Origin: a virus
Lineage: Duplodnaviria; Caudoviricetes
Virus record (IMG/VR): IMGVR_UViG_3300024265_000092
Location: 1-46,395 of that record
DNA: 46,395 bases
Direction: 5' to 3' (one strand)
This document shows, in pieces, positions 1 through 8,099 of this stretch; the first letter of the stretch is position 1; each line of letters begins with the position of its first letter. A program made the translations under genes and the position numbers. Under the pieces are notes generated by a model, which saw nothing but the letters and a program-made list of their open reading frames with translations, had not been told where the DNA came from and searched no databases.

Positions 1-145
1 CTCTTCAGGGGTCATCATGGCAGGAGCAGCAGGAGCAGCAGGAGCAGCAGGAGCAGCAGGAGCAGCAGGAGCAGCAGGAGCAGCAGCGGCAGGAGCAGCA
101 GCGACACCCGACAGCAGTGCGGCGGTCATCGCTTCAAGTGCAGCG
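1..145. repeat. Terminal direct repeat / circular overlap, left copy (short allele)
   Basis: CTCTTCAGGGGTCATCATGG-(GCAGGAGCA)n-...GCTTCAAGTGCAGCG matches 46206-46395 apart from 45 nt of repeat. Confidence 0.9.
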
Positions 146-177
146 GTGTTTTTCTTCAGTTCATTTTCGAGGCTCAT
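1..177 (-). CDS. 5' part of an Ala/Pro-linker protein that wraps across the contig ends (MSLENELKKNTAALEAMTAALLSG...)
   Basis: ATG at 177 overlaps the TGA of 174..455 (ATGA coupling). The frame continues into 46053..46395. Confidence 0.8.
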   Translation of the reverse strand, partial: MSLENELKKNTAALEAMTAALLSGVAAAPAAAAPAAPAAPAAPAAPAAPAAPAMMTPEE

Positions 178-455
178 TTCTCGCTTCCTTCTAATGTATA
201 ACCAGATTCAAATGCTTCAGCGGGTGAGAACGATTTGTAACCGTCTTTGTAGGCCACGTAATACCCACCGGGTTGAGGGTCGTGCTTCTTGACAAACCGC
301 GCACTCAGTACAACCGGTGCAAACCCTTCTTCTTCAACCTCCATGCTGAACGACTTCTCAGTTCGAGGCTTGATCGACTTGATTTTCAACGCCCAAACCT
401 GCTTGTGACAGGTATATCGAGGCATCTCCATCTGAACGCCGTCACTTTGTGACAT
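174..455 (-). CDS. Conserved small phage protein with GYYVxYxDGYxSxSPxxxFExGY motif
   Basis: ORF track plus the recognisable motif. The start (455 or 467) is uncertain. Confidence 0.75.
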   Translation of the reverse strand: MSQSDGVQMEMPRYTCHKQVWALKIKSIKPRTEKSFSMEVEEEGFAPVVLSARFVKKHDPQPGGYYVAYKDGYKSFSPAEAFESGYTLEGSEK

Positions 456-657
456 AAAGTTCTTCAAGTTCTTCAGTTGCGATGATTCGCAGGTTACCAG
501 AGTTGAATGCAGTGATCAGTTCACGCACTAACAGCTGATAAGGCTTGCCGGTCACACGGATCGACTTCTGTTTGAAAATTTCCAACTCACGTGAATCAAC
601 CCGACACCGCAGGTTGTCATCAAGGTTGCTGGACTGTTCTTCGGCATCGGTTGCCAT
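442..657 (-). CDS. Putative ribbon-helix-helix DNA-binding regulator
   Basis: Alternating beta-strand NLRCRV followed by two helices (SRELEIFKQKS; YQLLVRELITAF). It is the first gene behind a leftward promoter; RBS GAGGG. Confidence 0.6.
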   Translation of the reverse strand: MATDAEEQSSNLDDNLRCRVDSRELEIFKQKSIRVTGKPYQLLVRELITAFNSGNLRIIATEELEELYVTK

Positions 658-690
658 GATTGACCCTCTTCGTTCGATTCATTTGCGATC

Positions 691-720
691 ATCTTAGTGG
701 AACAATTCACTGCATGTCAA
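691..720 (-). promoter_or_regulatory. Sigma70-like leftward promoter with an operator half-site in the spacer
   Basis: TTGACA-N18-TAAGAT on the - strand; the spacer contains GTGGAACAAT (697-706). Confidence 0.6.
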
Positions 721-729
721 CATGAATGT

Positions 730-792
730 TTGACTTTGTTCTACAAGGGTCATACTCTGCAGGCTGACAGAAAGTGGTCGTCAGGGTACTAT
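730..792 (+). promoter_or_regulatory. Rightward sigma70-like promoter(s) for the primase-helicase
   Basis: TTGACT-N17-TACTCT (730-758, spacer holds TTGTTCTACA) and CTGACA-N17-TACTAT (764-792). Confidence 0.45.
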
Positions 793-837
793 ATAAAGTT
801 CACGCGACGTACAGCAGATTCAGATGGTGACGGTGAC

Positions 838-3477
838 ATGGTGACAAACGATGGATTCCTTCGAGCAATTTTCGGTGATGACGCACCGTTCGCACACGTC
901 ACAGGCTTCCCTTATGACCCCGGCAACATACCAAAAGACAAGCACCTGATTGCGTGGAAGGGTGACTATCACAGTCGCTACAGGCTGCAGCCAAACCACA
1001 ATCAGTATTTCACCATCAGTGCGTTCTACTGTGACGACCAGTCTCAGGCACGACGTCGCAAGGCACTGTTCCGCTACACCCCGTGCATCGTGCTGGATGA
1101 TGTCAAAGAGAAGCTGTCGATGACTGAGGTGGCGAAGCTGCCGCAGCCGTCGTGGATACTTGAATCATCAGCAGGGTCGGAGCAGTGGGGGTATATCCTC
1201 AACACACTCTGTGAAGATCGCGGTCGTGTTGAGAACCTGCTTGATGGCCTGGTGGCGAACGGTCTTGCTCCTGACGGTAAAGATCCAGGCATGAAGGGTG
1301 TCACCCGGTACCTGCGACTGCCTGAAGGCATCAACAACAAGGTATCGAAGTTGGTCAATGGTCAGCCGTTCAAGTGCAGGATGCTGGTGTGGGAGCCGAC
1401 ACGACGGGTGACGATGGAGCAGCTTGCAGCACCGTTCGCTGTGGACCTTGATGCGGTGCGACGTGAGTCACGGGTCGACGGTGCTGCAGCAGTGAGTGAC
1501 CACCCGCTGATCAACATCCCTGACATTATTCACATCAAAGAGGTTCGCAGCGATGGTCGGTTTGATATTAAATGCCCTTGGGTTGATGAGCATACTGGAG
1601 CCGACGACAGCGGGGCTGCGGTATTCACAAACGAAGACGGCACCATCGGTTACAAATGCCACCACGGGAACTGCCAAAGCAAAACCGGTAAAGACCTGCT
1701 CAGATTCATCGACGCTCAGCAACCGGGATGGTCAGTCAGTACCCTGAAGAACTGGCAGATCATGCGCAGCTTCGACGTGGCGGCACCAGCTCCTGCAGTC
1801 AGCTTTCTATTCGCCACCGGTGATCCGAACCCACTCAACGCAGCTGCAGAAGATCGTCGATTCGCTACTGTCGAGGAAGTCAGCTTCATGACACCGGTGG
1901 TGCCCACACCTCCTGCACCGGTAGCACCAGCTGTGTCGGCACCCACTGCAGACGCTATACAGCTGCTCTGTGACATGCTGCGTCGGCAGATACCGTCAAC
2001 CCCTGAAGCACGCACTGCTGCCGGGAACATGCTCAAGCACGTTGACGACATGCCGAAGATGGATCAGAAGCACTGGCACGAACAAGTCTGCGACATCATG
2101 CGGTGGTCGAAGGCCGACTTCAGGGACATCATCAAGGATCTGCGTGCTGGGTGGTACGTCGACAACTCCAACGCTGCTGACTTCTATGACAACGTGGTGT
2201 ACGTGAAAGAGCTGAATCAGTTCTACGATCTGAAGTCGCGCATCTTTTTCAGCACTGAGGCATTTCAAAATTCGTTCGCTCATGAGGACGCTGAAGCTCG
2301 CAAGGTCGCGTTGCAGGACGGTCGAGTGCGCAAGGTCGATAAGCTGGACTACGCGCCGAAACAACCCCAAGTGTTTGTCGAAGGTCACACGATGTACGGC
2401 AACATGTGGAGTGATGCCGATCAGCCACAAGGCACACACGGTGACGTGACTCGCTGGCATGACCACTTCGATGCACTGGGGTGGGGTGAGCATCGCAAGC
2501 ACGTCGAGCAGTGGATGGCGTACACGCTGCGGCACCCTGACCGCAAGATCAACCACATGTTGCTGCTTGGCAGTGGTGAGGGGTGCGGTAAAGACTTCCT
2601 GCTGTATCCACTGATCGAAGGAATGGGTGAAAACGCTGAGGTGATCAGTGGTGAAGAGTTGGTCAGCGATTTCAATGAATACCTGTTGAGCACCAAGTAT
2701 CTTCACATCAACGAAACAGAGCTGGGTGACCGTCGTGAAGCGATGGCTGTCAGCAACAAGCTGAAGCCGATCGCGTCAGCACCACCGAACAGGCTCGGCG
2801 TTAACCAGAAAGGCATCAGGCGTATTAAAGTGCGTAACATCGTCAACGGCACCATGACCACCAACAGTCAGTTGCCGCTGCGACTCAACGGCCCCAGTCG
2901 TCGATTCTTTGCACTGTGGTCTGACATGAACCCACGTGGTGAAGACGGTCAGATGCGTGCTGACTGGCTTGCATACTGGGAGGATCGGTGGAACTGGATG
3001 AGAGGGGGTGGGTGGTTGAACGTGTTGCACTACCTGCACCATGAAGTCGACTTGACCGGATTCAACCCTGGTGAAGCACCCCCAGTCACTGAGTTCCTGA
3101 AGGACATTCAAGAGTCGTCAAAGACACCCCAGCAGCAGACGATCGAGGCGTTCATCAGTAACCGCATCGGCATGTTCAAGTGTGACCTGCTGAGTGCTCA
3201 GGACATGAGTGATACCGTGAGAACTGAAGGTGTGTTCTCGACCAACAATGTTTATTGCGATGTGAAGTACCTGACACCGGTCGGCATCGGTCGGGCGCTG
3301 AGTGGTGCAGTGGGGGTGGTGCAACTGCGTGGTCGCAGGGACGATAGCCAGGTCAGACTGTACGCGATTCGTGACGCGGTGAAGTATCAAGCGCTCGGTG
3401 CATCTGATCTATATCGGGAATATGAACGACAGGTTGCAGCGGTGCGCGGTGCGACCCCTTTGACGGTGGTGAAATAG
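838..3477 (+). CDS. Primase-helicase: RepB-primase/AEP-like N-domain, Zn-binding module, SF3/DUF5906-type helicase
   Basis: IVLDDV..PSWILESS.GS.QWGY primase motifs; CPW..EH...CHHGNC; Walker A GEGCGKD. Start moved from 697 to ATG 838, which has a GGTGA RBS; 697-792 is promoter DNA. Confidence 0.85.
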   Translation: MVTNDGFLRAIFGDDAPFAHVTGFPYDPGNIPKDKHLIAWKGDYHSRYRLQPNHNQYFTISAFYCDDQSQARRRKALFRYTPCIVLDDVKEKLSMTEVAKLPQPSWILESSAGSEQWGYILNTLCEDRGRVENLLDGLVANGLAPDGKDPGMKGVTRYLRLPEGINNKVSKLVNGQPFKCRMLVWEPTRRVTMEQLAAPFAVDLDAVRRESRVDGAAAVSDHPLINIPDIIHIKEVRSDGRFDIKCPWVDEHTGADDSGAAVFTNEDGTIGYKCHHGNCQSKTGKDLLRFIDAQQPGWSVSTLKNWQIMRSFDVAAPAPAVSFLFATGDPNPLNAAAEDRRFATVEEVSFMTPVVPTPPAPVAPAVSAPTADAIQLLCDMLRRQIPSTPEARTAAGNMLKHVDDMPKMDQKHWHEQVCDIMRWSKADFRDIIKDLRAGWYVDNSNAADFYDNVVYVKELNQFYDLKSRIFFSTEAFQNSFAHEDAEARKVALQDGRVRKVDKLDYAPKQPQVFVEGHTMYGNMWSDADQPQGTHGDVTRWHDHFDALGWGEHRKHVEQWMAYTLRHPDRKINHMLLLGSGEGCGKDFLLYPLIEGMGENAEVISGEELVSDFNEYLLSTKYLHINETELGDRREAMAVSNKLKPIASAPPNRLGVNQKGIRRIKVRNIVNGTMTTNSQLPLRLNGPSRRFFALWSDMNPRGEDGQMRADWLAYWEDRWNWMRGGGWLNVLHYLHHEVDLTGFNPGEAPPVTEFLKDIQESSKTPQQQTIEAFISNRIGMFKCDLLSAQDMSDTVRTEGVFSTNNVYCDVKYLTPVGIGRALSGAVGVVQLRGRRDDSQVRLYAIRDAVKYQALGASDLYREYERQVAAVRGATPLTVVK

Positions 3478-3488
3478 AGGTGACGACG

Positions 3489-3635
3489 ATGGAATACTTA
3501 CTACCTGCAGCACTAGGTGCATCTTACATTTTTCACATCCGGCAAGCTTATCGTGAAGGCAACAAGCTGGGAATGTATGGGTATATCAACGCGACATTGC
3601 TGTTGATTGGTTTCACATTCGTGATTTCAACTTAG
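3489..3635 (+). CDS. 48-aa membrane protein (MEYLLPAALG...LLLIGFTFVIST)
   Basis: GAGGTGA RBS; hydrophobic; read manually, below the ORF-track cutoff. Confidence 0.6.
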   Translation: MEYLLPAALGASYIFHIRQAYREGNKLGMYGYINATLLLIGFTFVIST

Positions 3636-3641
3636 AATTAT

Positions 3642-3671
3642 TTGACATGTGGAACAATGTGGTACTACACT
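3642..3671 (+). promoter_or_regulatory. Sigma70 promoter with operator in the spacer
   Basis: TTGACA-TGTGGAACAATGTGGTAC-TACACT. Confidence 0.7.
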
Positions 3672-3699
3672 CAGTTCAAATCAACTGAGGTGACGAACC

Positions 3700-3909
3700 A
3701 TGAAACGCATTGTGGACTTCAAAACATTCGAACTGGTTGGTACAAAAGAGGGAGCGCTTGAGCTTCGCAAGGGTCTGTATGGTGTCTACTTCGTGAAGCT
3801 CAACGATGAGACTGTGTTCCGTGGTTCCGAGCTTGACGCTGAGGAATATTACCTCAGTCGACTCCACAGCCAAGCACCAAAGATCGGCGCTTTGGCTTTC
3901 GCAATTTAA
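3700..3909 (+). CDS. Hypothetical early protein
   Basis: GAGGTGA RBS; directly behind the promoter. Confidence 0.7.
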   Translation: MKRIVDFKTFELVGTKEGALELRKGLYGVYFVKLNDETVFRGSELDAEEYYLSRLHSQAPKIGALAFAI

Positions 3910-3919
3910 GGTGACGGTT

Positions 3920-4204
3920 ATGGGTACGTTAGAAGACCAACTGGATGAGCAGCAAGCCATGCTCACCGCGTTCAGGCATGCAGCGAACTCACTAGGCAAG
4001 GCGACTGGTGTAATCGTCAGTCACGTCGATCATGATGAAGCTGCGAAGTCAGTCGCCGGTGATCATTACTCCCTTGAACTGCTGGCTGAGTCTGAACTGC
4101 GGTACACTCGGCTGAAGGCTGCTGCTGAGGGTGTGGTGGATACTCGCAACAGCATGACTCGATCAATTTGCTCCATTGACGCATTGAAGAAGGTGTTGAA
4201 GTGA
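3920..4204 (+). CDS. Hypothetical protein
   Basis: AAGGTGA RBS before ATG 3920; the stop overlaps the next GTG. Confidence 0.65.
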   Translation: MGTLEDQLDEQQAMLTAFRHAANSLGKATGVIVSHVDHDEAAKSVAGDHYSLELLAESELRYTRLKAAAEGVVDTRNSMTRSICSIDALKKVLK

Positions 4205-4686
4205 CCGACATCAAATGCCCAAAGCATGACACTGGTGGCGGACCCTGCTACTGCGGCAAGGTGCCGGGTGAGCCAGTAGTTGTGCCTGAGAAGAATCTGC
4301 GCAAGTACACCCTAGTCACTTCAACTGGTGGTCGAATCGTCACGACATCTGAATCATTGATCCAAGCGATTCGTGAGACTGGGTGCCTGGATATCGTCAG
4401 CAGTAAATCTGAGCCTGCGGAGGCATGCGCGATGAGCAACTGTCAGTCGGTGTACCAGCACGGCAACGATCAGTACGTCTGCACTCGCTGCAACTGCAGT
4501 TGGGACCGTGACGATAAGGCACCGGTGTGCAAGACCAACGCTGATCTTGAGCGTGAGACTATCGACAAGTTGAGGGCTGAGCTGAGCAACGCACCAAAGT
4601 GTCAGGAATGCTTTGCAACCGAATCGACCATGCAGCGTGACGATGGTACCTACTGCTGCGGGTCGTGTTATCAGGAGGAAGAGTGA
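4201..4686 (+). CDS. Cys-rich (multiple CxxC) putative zinc-finger protein
   Basis: CPKH..GPCYC, CTRC, CQEC, CCGSC motifs; coupled start. Confidence 0.65.
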   Translation: MTDIKCPKHDTGGGPCYCGKVPGEPVVVPEKNLRKYTLVTSTGGRIVTTSESLIQAIRETGCLDIVSSKSEPAEACAMSNCQSVYQHGNDQYVCTRCNCSWDRDDKAPVCKTNADLERETIDKLRAELSNAPKCQECFATESTMQRDDGTYCCGSCYQEEE

Positions 4687-4970
4687 TGATCAAAAATAAT
4701 GAGCACGCGATCAAGGTGCAGAACCGTCGATATGACAGCGGCAAGAAAGGTGTTGCAAAATCAGTTCGTCGGTTTGTGATGGCGCAGTATGGTCGACCAC
4801 TGATCCTGGTCCCTGAAGTTAAGGACCAAGCCTTCTATCGCTTCACCGGTTGCGACGGTGTGCATCAAGGTTGCCGTGAATTGAAACCCACCAGACAAGG
4901 TCGATGGCTGCATGGTTCATTCGAACAGATGCTCAGCCGCATGGATCGGAGCATTGACCATGACAACTGA
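4686..4970 (+). CDS. Hypothetical basic protein
   Basis: TGATG coupling; GGAGG RBS. Confidence 0.6.
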   Translation: MIKNNEHAIKVQNRRYDSGKKGVAKSVRRFVMAQYGRPLILVPEVKDQAFYRFTGCDGVHQGCRELKPTRQGRWLHGSFEQMLSRMDRSIDHDN

Positions 4971-5124
4971 AGCCTACCAACGTGGCGCTGCTGCACGTCG
5001 CAGTGGTCACCCTGAACCAGAATGCCCTTATGCACCAGGCACCATTGAGTACGCTGACTTTGCATCAGGGTTCATTGAAGCTGCACCGCTGACGGTGCCG
5101 GGAGTGGAGGCACACGATGGGTGA
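4960..5124 (+). CDS. Rmf/CrpP-fold small protein
   Basis: AYQRG.AA..SG....CPY.......F..GF.EA parallels the RMF pattern AHQRGYQAG..G....CPY......W..GW.EA; GGAG RBS. Confidence 0.6.
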   Translation: MTTEAYQRGAAARRSGHPEPECPYAPGTIEYADFASGFIEAAPLTVPGVEAHDG

Positions 5125-5335
5125 AGTGACTAAGTTGATCCTGTTCATGCTGGGTGTGATCTGCATCTGCATGGCCACCACCGTGAGTACCTGGTGCTTG
5201 ATACCTGCGGTGATATTCTGGGCTAGTGCTTATCTGGTGTACTGGTTCACTGACGATCAGTTTGAGGCGTATGACCCGTTCGATCTGTGTGACCCGGCAA
5301 ACGGTTTATGTGATCCTGAGATGGGGGAGTATTGA
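5117..5335 (+). CDS. Small two-TM membrane protein
   Basis: Two hydrophobic stretches; GGAGG RBS. Confidence 0.65.
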   Translation: MGEVTKLILFMLGVICICMATTVSTWCLIPAVIFWASAYLVYWFTDDQFEAYDPFDLCDPANGLCDPEMGEY

Positions 5336-5336
5336 G

Positions 5337-5705
5337 ATGAAGTGTAAATGTAATGGGTCACCGGTGCGCGGTGGAATCTGCGGGTCGGTCAAGGTCCAAG
5401 TGAACAGTGAAGCATCTGAATGTGGTGCTGAACCCGGTACCTGTAAACATCAGGAGGGTTACCGTCGTCACACCTGTGGTGGTTGCGAAAACCTGAAAGC
5501 CAACACCATGTTCGGTTGCGCAGTGATGTACTGTGAACCGACTGATCACGTGGTGCCGCACTCAGCAGAACAGCAACCTGACGGTTCAACCAATGTGATC
5601 CTGTGGCGTGTTCCTGAGAGTTGCCCACTCAGTGATGATGAGGTCATCAAGAGCGCTGATCAAGCAGCAGAGAAACACTGGGTCAAGATGAGGGTGGTGA
5701 AATGA
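5337..5705 (+). CDS. Cys-rich hypothetical protein
   Basis: GGGGGAG RBS before ATG 5337; in frame with track ORF 5226..5705. Confidence 0.6.
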   Translation: MKCKCNGSPVRGGICGSVKVQVNSEASECGAEPGTCKHQEGYRRHTCGGCENLKANTMFGCAVMYCEPTDHVVPHSAEQQPDGSTNVILWRVPESCPLSDDEVIKSADQAAEKHWVKMRVVK

Positions 5706-5836
5706 TCACGATAGGTACAGCAATGGTGGTGTACGCTGGTCAGTTCTACAAAGAGGCGAAGGTGCCCGCTGGTCCTATGTGGCTGACTGCTGTGGCTGCT
5801 GATGTCGTCGTTGCTGCGTTAGGAGGCATGTCATGA
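5702..5836 (+). CDS. 44-aa hydrophobic protein
   Basis: ATGA overlaps at both ends; it fills the gap before the ligase. Confidence 0.5.
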   Translation: MITIGTAMVVYAGQFYKEAKVPAGPMWLTAVAADVVVAALGGMS

Positions 5837-6696
5837 TTAAGCCACTACTAGCTGTGAAGGTCGATTACGAAAAGATCCGGTTCCCGGTGCTGGGTACACC
5901 GAAACTCGATGGCATTCGATGCTTGATGGTCGACGGTGTGGCGATGTCGCGCACCATGAAGCCTATCCCTAACCAGTTCATCCAGGAGCAGCTGAGGGGC
6001 ATGCACGGGCTTGACGGTGAGCTGATGGTGCACGGTGACTACAACGCTGTACAGTCGGGCATCATGAAGCGTGACGGTGAGCCTGACTTCACCTACCACG
6101 TGTTCGACACCTTCATCAGTGACATCGGTTACGCTCAGCGGATTCAAGATCTGCAATGGGCTGACGATCAGCCGCGCTGCCTGCTCCTTGAACCGGTGGC
6201 GATCGGTGACATCATCGAGTTGACTGAGTACCTTGAGGAGTGCCTTGCTGCCGGGTACGAAGGCGCAATGATCCGTGACCCTAGTGGTCGGTACAAGAAC
6301 GGTCGGTCGACGGTGAACGAAGGCATCCTGCTCAAGCTGAAGCGGTTCCTTGATGATGAGGCAAAGCTGATCGAGATCGTTGAGAAGATGCACAACGGCA
6401 ACGAACTGAGGCAGGATCAGCTGGGCTATGCAAAGCGCTCGACCTGCAAGGATCAGATGGTTCCGGCTGGTACCGCTGGTGCGATGATGCTCGAATGGAA
6501 AGGGATTCAGTTCCGTTGCGGCTTTGGTCCGGGAATCACTGATGCTGTGAAGTTGGATTGGTGGACCCGACGCCAACAGCTACTCGGTGATGCGGTAAAG
6601 TTCAGCTATCAAGAGTTGAGCAAAGACGGTGTGCCCCGGTTCGGCAAGGTGCTGGGGTTCAGACATCCAGATGACTGTGAGGTGAGTTTCCTATGA
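5833..6696 (+). CDS. lig: ATP-dependent DNA ligase
   Basis: KLDGIRC (motif I), LDGEL, YHVFD, EGAMIR, LLKLK, PRF motifs. Confidence 0.92.
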   Translation: MIKPLLAVKVDYEKIRFPVLGTPKLDGIRCLMVDGVAMSRTMKPIPNQFIQEQLRGMHGLDGELMVHGDYNAVQSGIMKRDGEPDFTYHVFDTFISDIGYAQRIQDLQWADDQPRCLLLEPVAIGDIIELTEYLEECLAAGYEGAMIRDPSGRYKNGRSTVNEGILLKLKRFLDDEAKLIEIVEKMHNGNELRQDQLGYAKRSTCKDQMVPAGTAGAMMLEWKGIQFRCGFGPGITDAVKLDWWTRRQQLLGDAVKFSYQELSKDGVPRFGKVLGFRHPDDCEVSFL

Positions 6697-6869
6697 AGAC
6701 CATTGACCGCGGTGAGATCACCCGTGACCCGAAGTGTAAGACGAAGTGTCAGGGCTGTGGGCATGCCAAGAAGGGCGCGCTGCTGTTGAAGTGCTCAGAG
6801 CATAAGTGCTCTGTGTTGAGCGATGAAACCTGTGATCGGTTCAAGGGTCTGCTGGATGAGCTATCGTGA
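6693..6869 (+). CDS. 58-aa Cys-rich protein (MKTIDRGEI...CQGCGH...C...C...C)
   Basis: ATGA coupling; GAGGTG RBS; read manually. Confidence 0.55.
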   Translation: MKTIDRGEITRDPKCKTKCQGCGHAKKGALLLKCSEHKCSVLSDETCDRFKGLLDELS

Positions 6870-7081
6870 CCAAACAGCGGGGTCGACCGCGCGGCCCTAC
6901 GAACAATTACCCAGACTGGCTGAAGGGGTATGCTCATTTCTTGTATGTGGAGAAGCGCATGGGGAAGATGCAGGTGCACAGAACCCTGCAGGAGAATACT
7001 GGCTTCAATGTCAACGTGAACACACTTAAAACTTGGCTATATAGAGGTGACTTGAGAAATGAAAGAGAAATGGATACCTGA
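6866..7081 (+). CDS. Small HTH-like DNA-binding protein
   Basis: RGRPRG AT-hook-like start and helix-turn-helix-like VNVNTLKTWL. Confidence 0.55.
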   Translation: MTKQRGRPRGPTNNYPDWLKGYAHFLYVEKRMGKMQVHRTLQENTGFNVNVNTLKTWLYRGDLRNEREMDT

Positions 7082-7607
7082 TCGTGCTGAATATTTCACC
7101 ATGGTTAAGGCTAATGGCGGGAAGCGGCTCGAGATCGATTTCCTGCGCACTGGTGAGCCTGTCGCCAGCGGTGCCAGTATCTATAAGATAGATGAGCTTG
7201 AGGGCATGCTGGCGCGCGCTGACGTGTGTCAGCAGATCGCTGAGCGTGGTGCGACACAACTGAGGCCGGATGCAGTGGTAGCTAGTGAGATGCTTGGTTT
7301 CGACCTAGCTGCACCAGGTGCTGGGGGGACAGTGCAAGGTCACGGGTTGCTGAAGAGCAAGTATCACCGTGAGATCAAGCAGCTGACCTGTCACTGTGGC
7401 ATCAAGCACAGGGTCTGGGTGGACGTGTACGACGTGCTGGGTGCGTTCAGTGGTCACTATGAGGCGCGCATCAAGCCTATTGTTGACCATCTGCTGAAGA
7501 AGCTGCTGGCGGGCGGTGAGCGTGGTCATAAGGATCTGCGGCAAGATATGAAGGATGTACGTGACAGTGCTGTGCGGGCTGTTGAAACTATCGATGAGTG
7601 GGCGTGA
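7059..7607 (+). CDS. Conserved phage protein with a DUF3310-like C-terminal domain
   Basis: SKYHREIK...VDVYDVL.AF....H.LKKLL.GG.RGHKD..QD pattern. Confidence 0.6.
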   Translation: MKEKWIPDRAEYFTMVKANGGKRLEIDFLRTGEPVASGASIYKIDELEGMLARADVCQQIAERGATQLRPDAVVASEMLGFDLAAPGAGGTVQGHGLLKSKYHREIKQLTCHCGIKHRVWVDVYDVLGAFSGHYEARIKPIVDHLLKKLLAGGERGHKDLRQDMKDVRDSAVRAVETIDEWA

Positions 7608-7636
7608 CAACAAAGTGAAGCAATAGGAGAAATACC

Positions 7637-7696
7637 ATGCAAGCATATAAAGGACAGAAGGGTTCCAAGGGCGGCAAAGGAGGGAAGGGGAAGTGA
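7637..7696 (+). CDS. 19-aa Lys/Gly micropeptide MQAYKGQKGSKGGKGGKGK
   Basis: AGGAG RBS; the stop overlaps the GTG of the next ORF. Confidence 0.45.
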   Translation: MQAYKGQKGSKGGKGGKGK

Positions 7697-7839
7697 CCAA
7701 GAAGCAGCGGGCTGAGCTGACTGAGTTCCTGCAGCGTTGTGCTGATGTCGTGCCCGCATACAAAGATTCGAAGTTCCATCTGGAACAGATCAAAACTGAA
7801 GCAGGTTACCTGCTGAAGCAAATTAAGGTGATGAAATGA
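7693..7839 (+). CDS. 48-aa hypothetical protein (MTKKQRAELTEFLQR...)
   Basis: GTGA and ATGA couplings on both sides. Confidence 0.55.
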   Translation: MTKKQRAELTEFLQRCADVVPAYKDSKFHLEQIKTEAGYLLKQIKVMK

Positions 7840-8003
7840 TTTCTTTTATAGTTGTTGAATGTGTGACTGAAGAGTTCAAAGGGACTCTCACCAAGGGAGA
7901 GACTTACGTGATCCTGGGTGTCGGTGAGGGTGGTGACTACTTGGTTCAAAATGATCACGGTGATGATCAACATTTCGGTGCTGCCAACTTCAAGATCCAG
8001 TGA
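7836..8003 (+). CDS. 55-aa SH3-like beta protein (…TLTKGETYVIL….YLVQNDHG…)
   Basis: AAGGTG RBS; coupled start; LTxGxxY / NDxG pattern. Confidence 0.55.
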   Translation: MISFIVVECVTEEFKGTLTKGETYVILGVGEGGDYLVQNDHGDDQHFGAANFKIQ

Positions 8004-8026
8004 CAACGATGTGAAGCAATAGCAAC

Positions 8027-8056
8027 AAGCCCGGCATTGCGACCGGGCTTTTCTTT
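8027..8056 (+). terminator. Rho-independent terminator
   Basis: AAGCCCGG-cattgcga-CCGGGCTT followed by TTCTTT. Confidence 0.75.
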
Positions 8057-8065
8057 ACCTAACAC

Positions 8066-8095
8066 TTGAGATGTGGGACAATGTAGAACTATAAT
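8066..8095 (+). promoter_or_regulatory. Sigma70 promoter for rtcB with operator in the spacer
   Basis: TTGAGA-TGTGGGACAATGTAGAAC-TATAAT. Confidence 0.7.
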
Positions 8096-8099
8096 GTGA

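Larger units (their letters stand above)
7604..8022 (+). repeat. 23-bp direct repeats (7604-7626, 8000-8022) flanking three small ORFs
   Basis: GTGACAACAAAGTGAAGCAATAG versus GTGACAACGATGTGAAGCAATAG (21/23). Confidence 0.75.

Noticed and set aside
17-292. + strand AGA-repeat ORF
   Set aside because: Antisense shadow of the Ala/Pro-linker gene.
697-837. N-terminal extension of the primase in the ORF track
   Set aside because: The region holds divergent promoters and operators; the RBS supports ATG 838.
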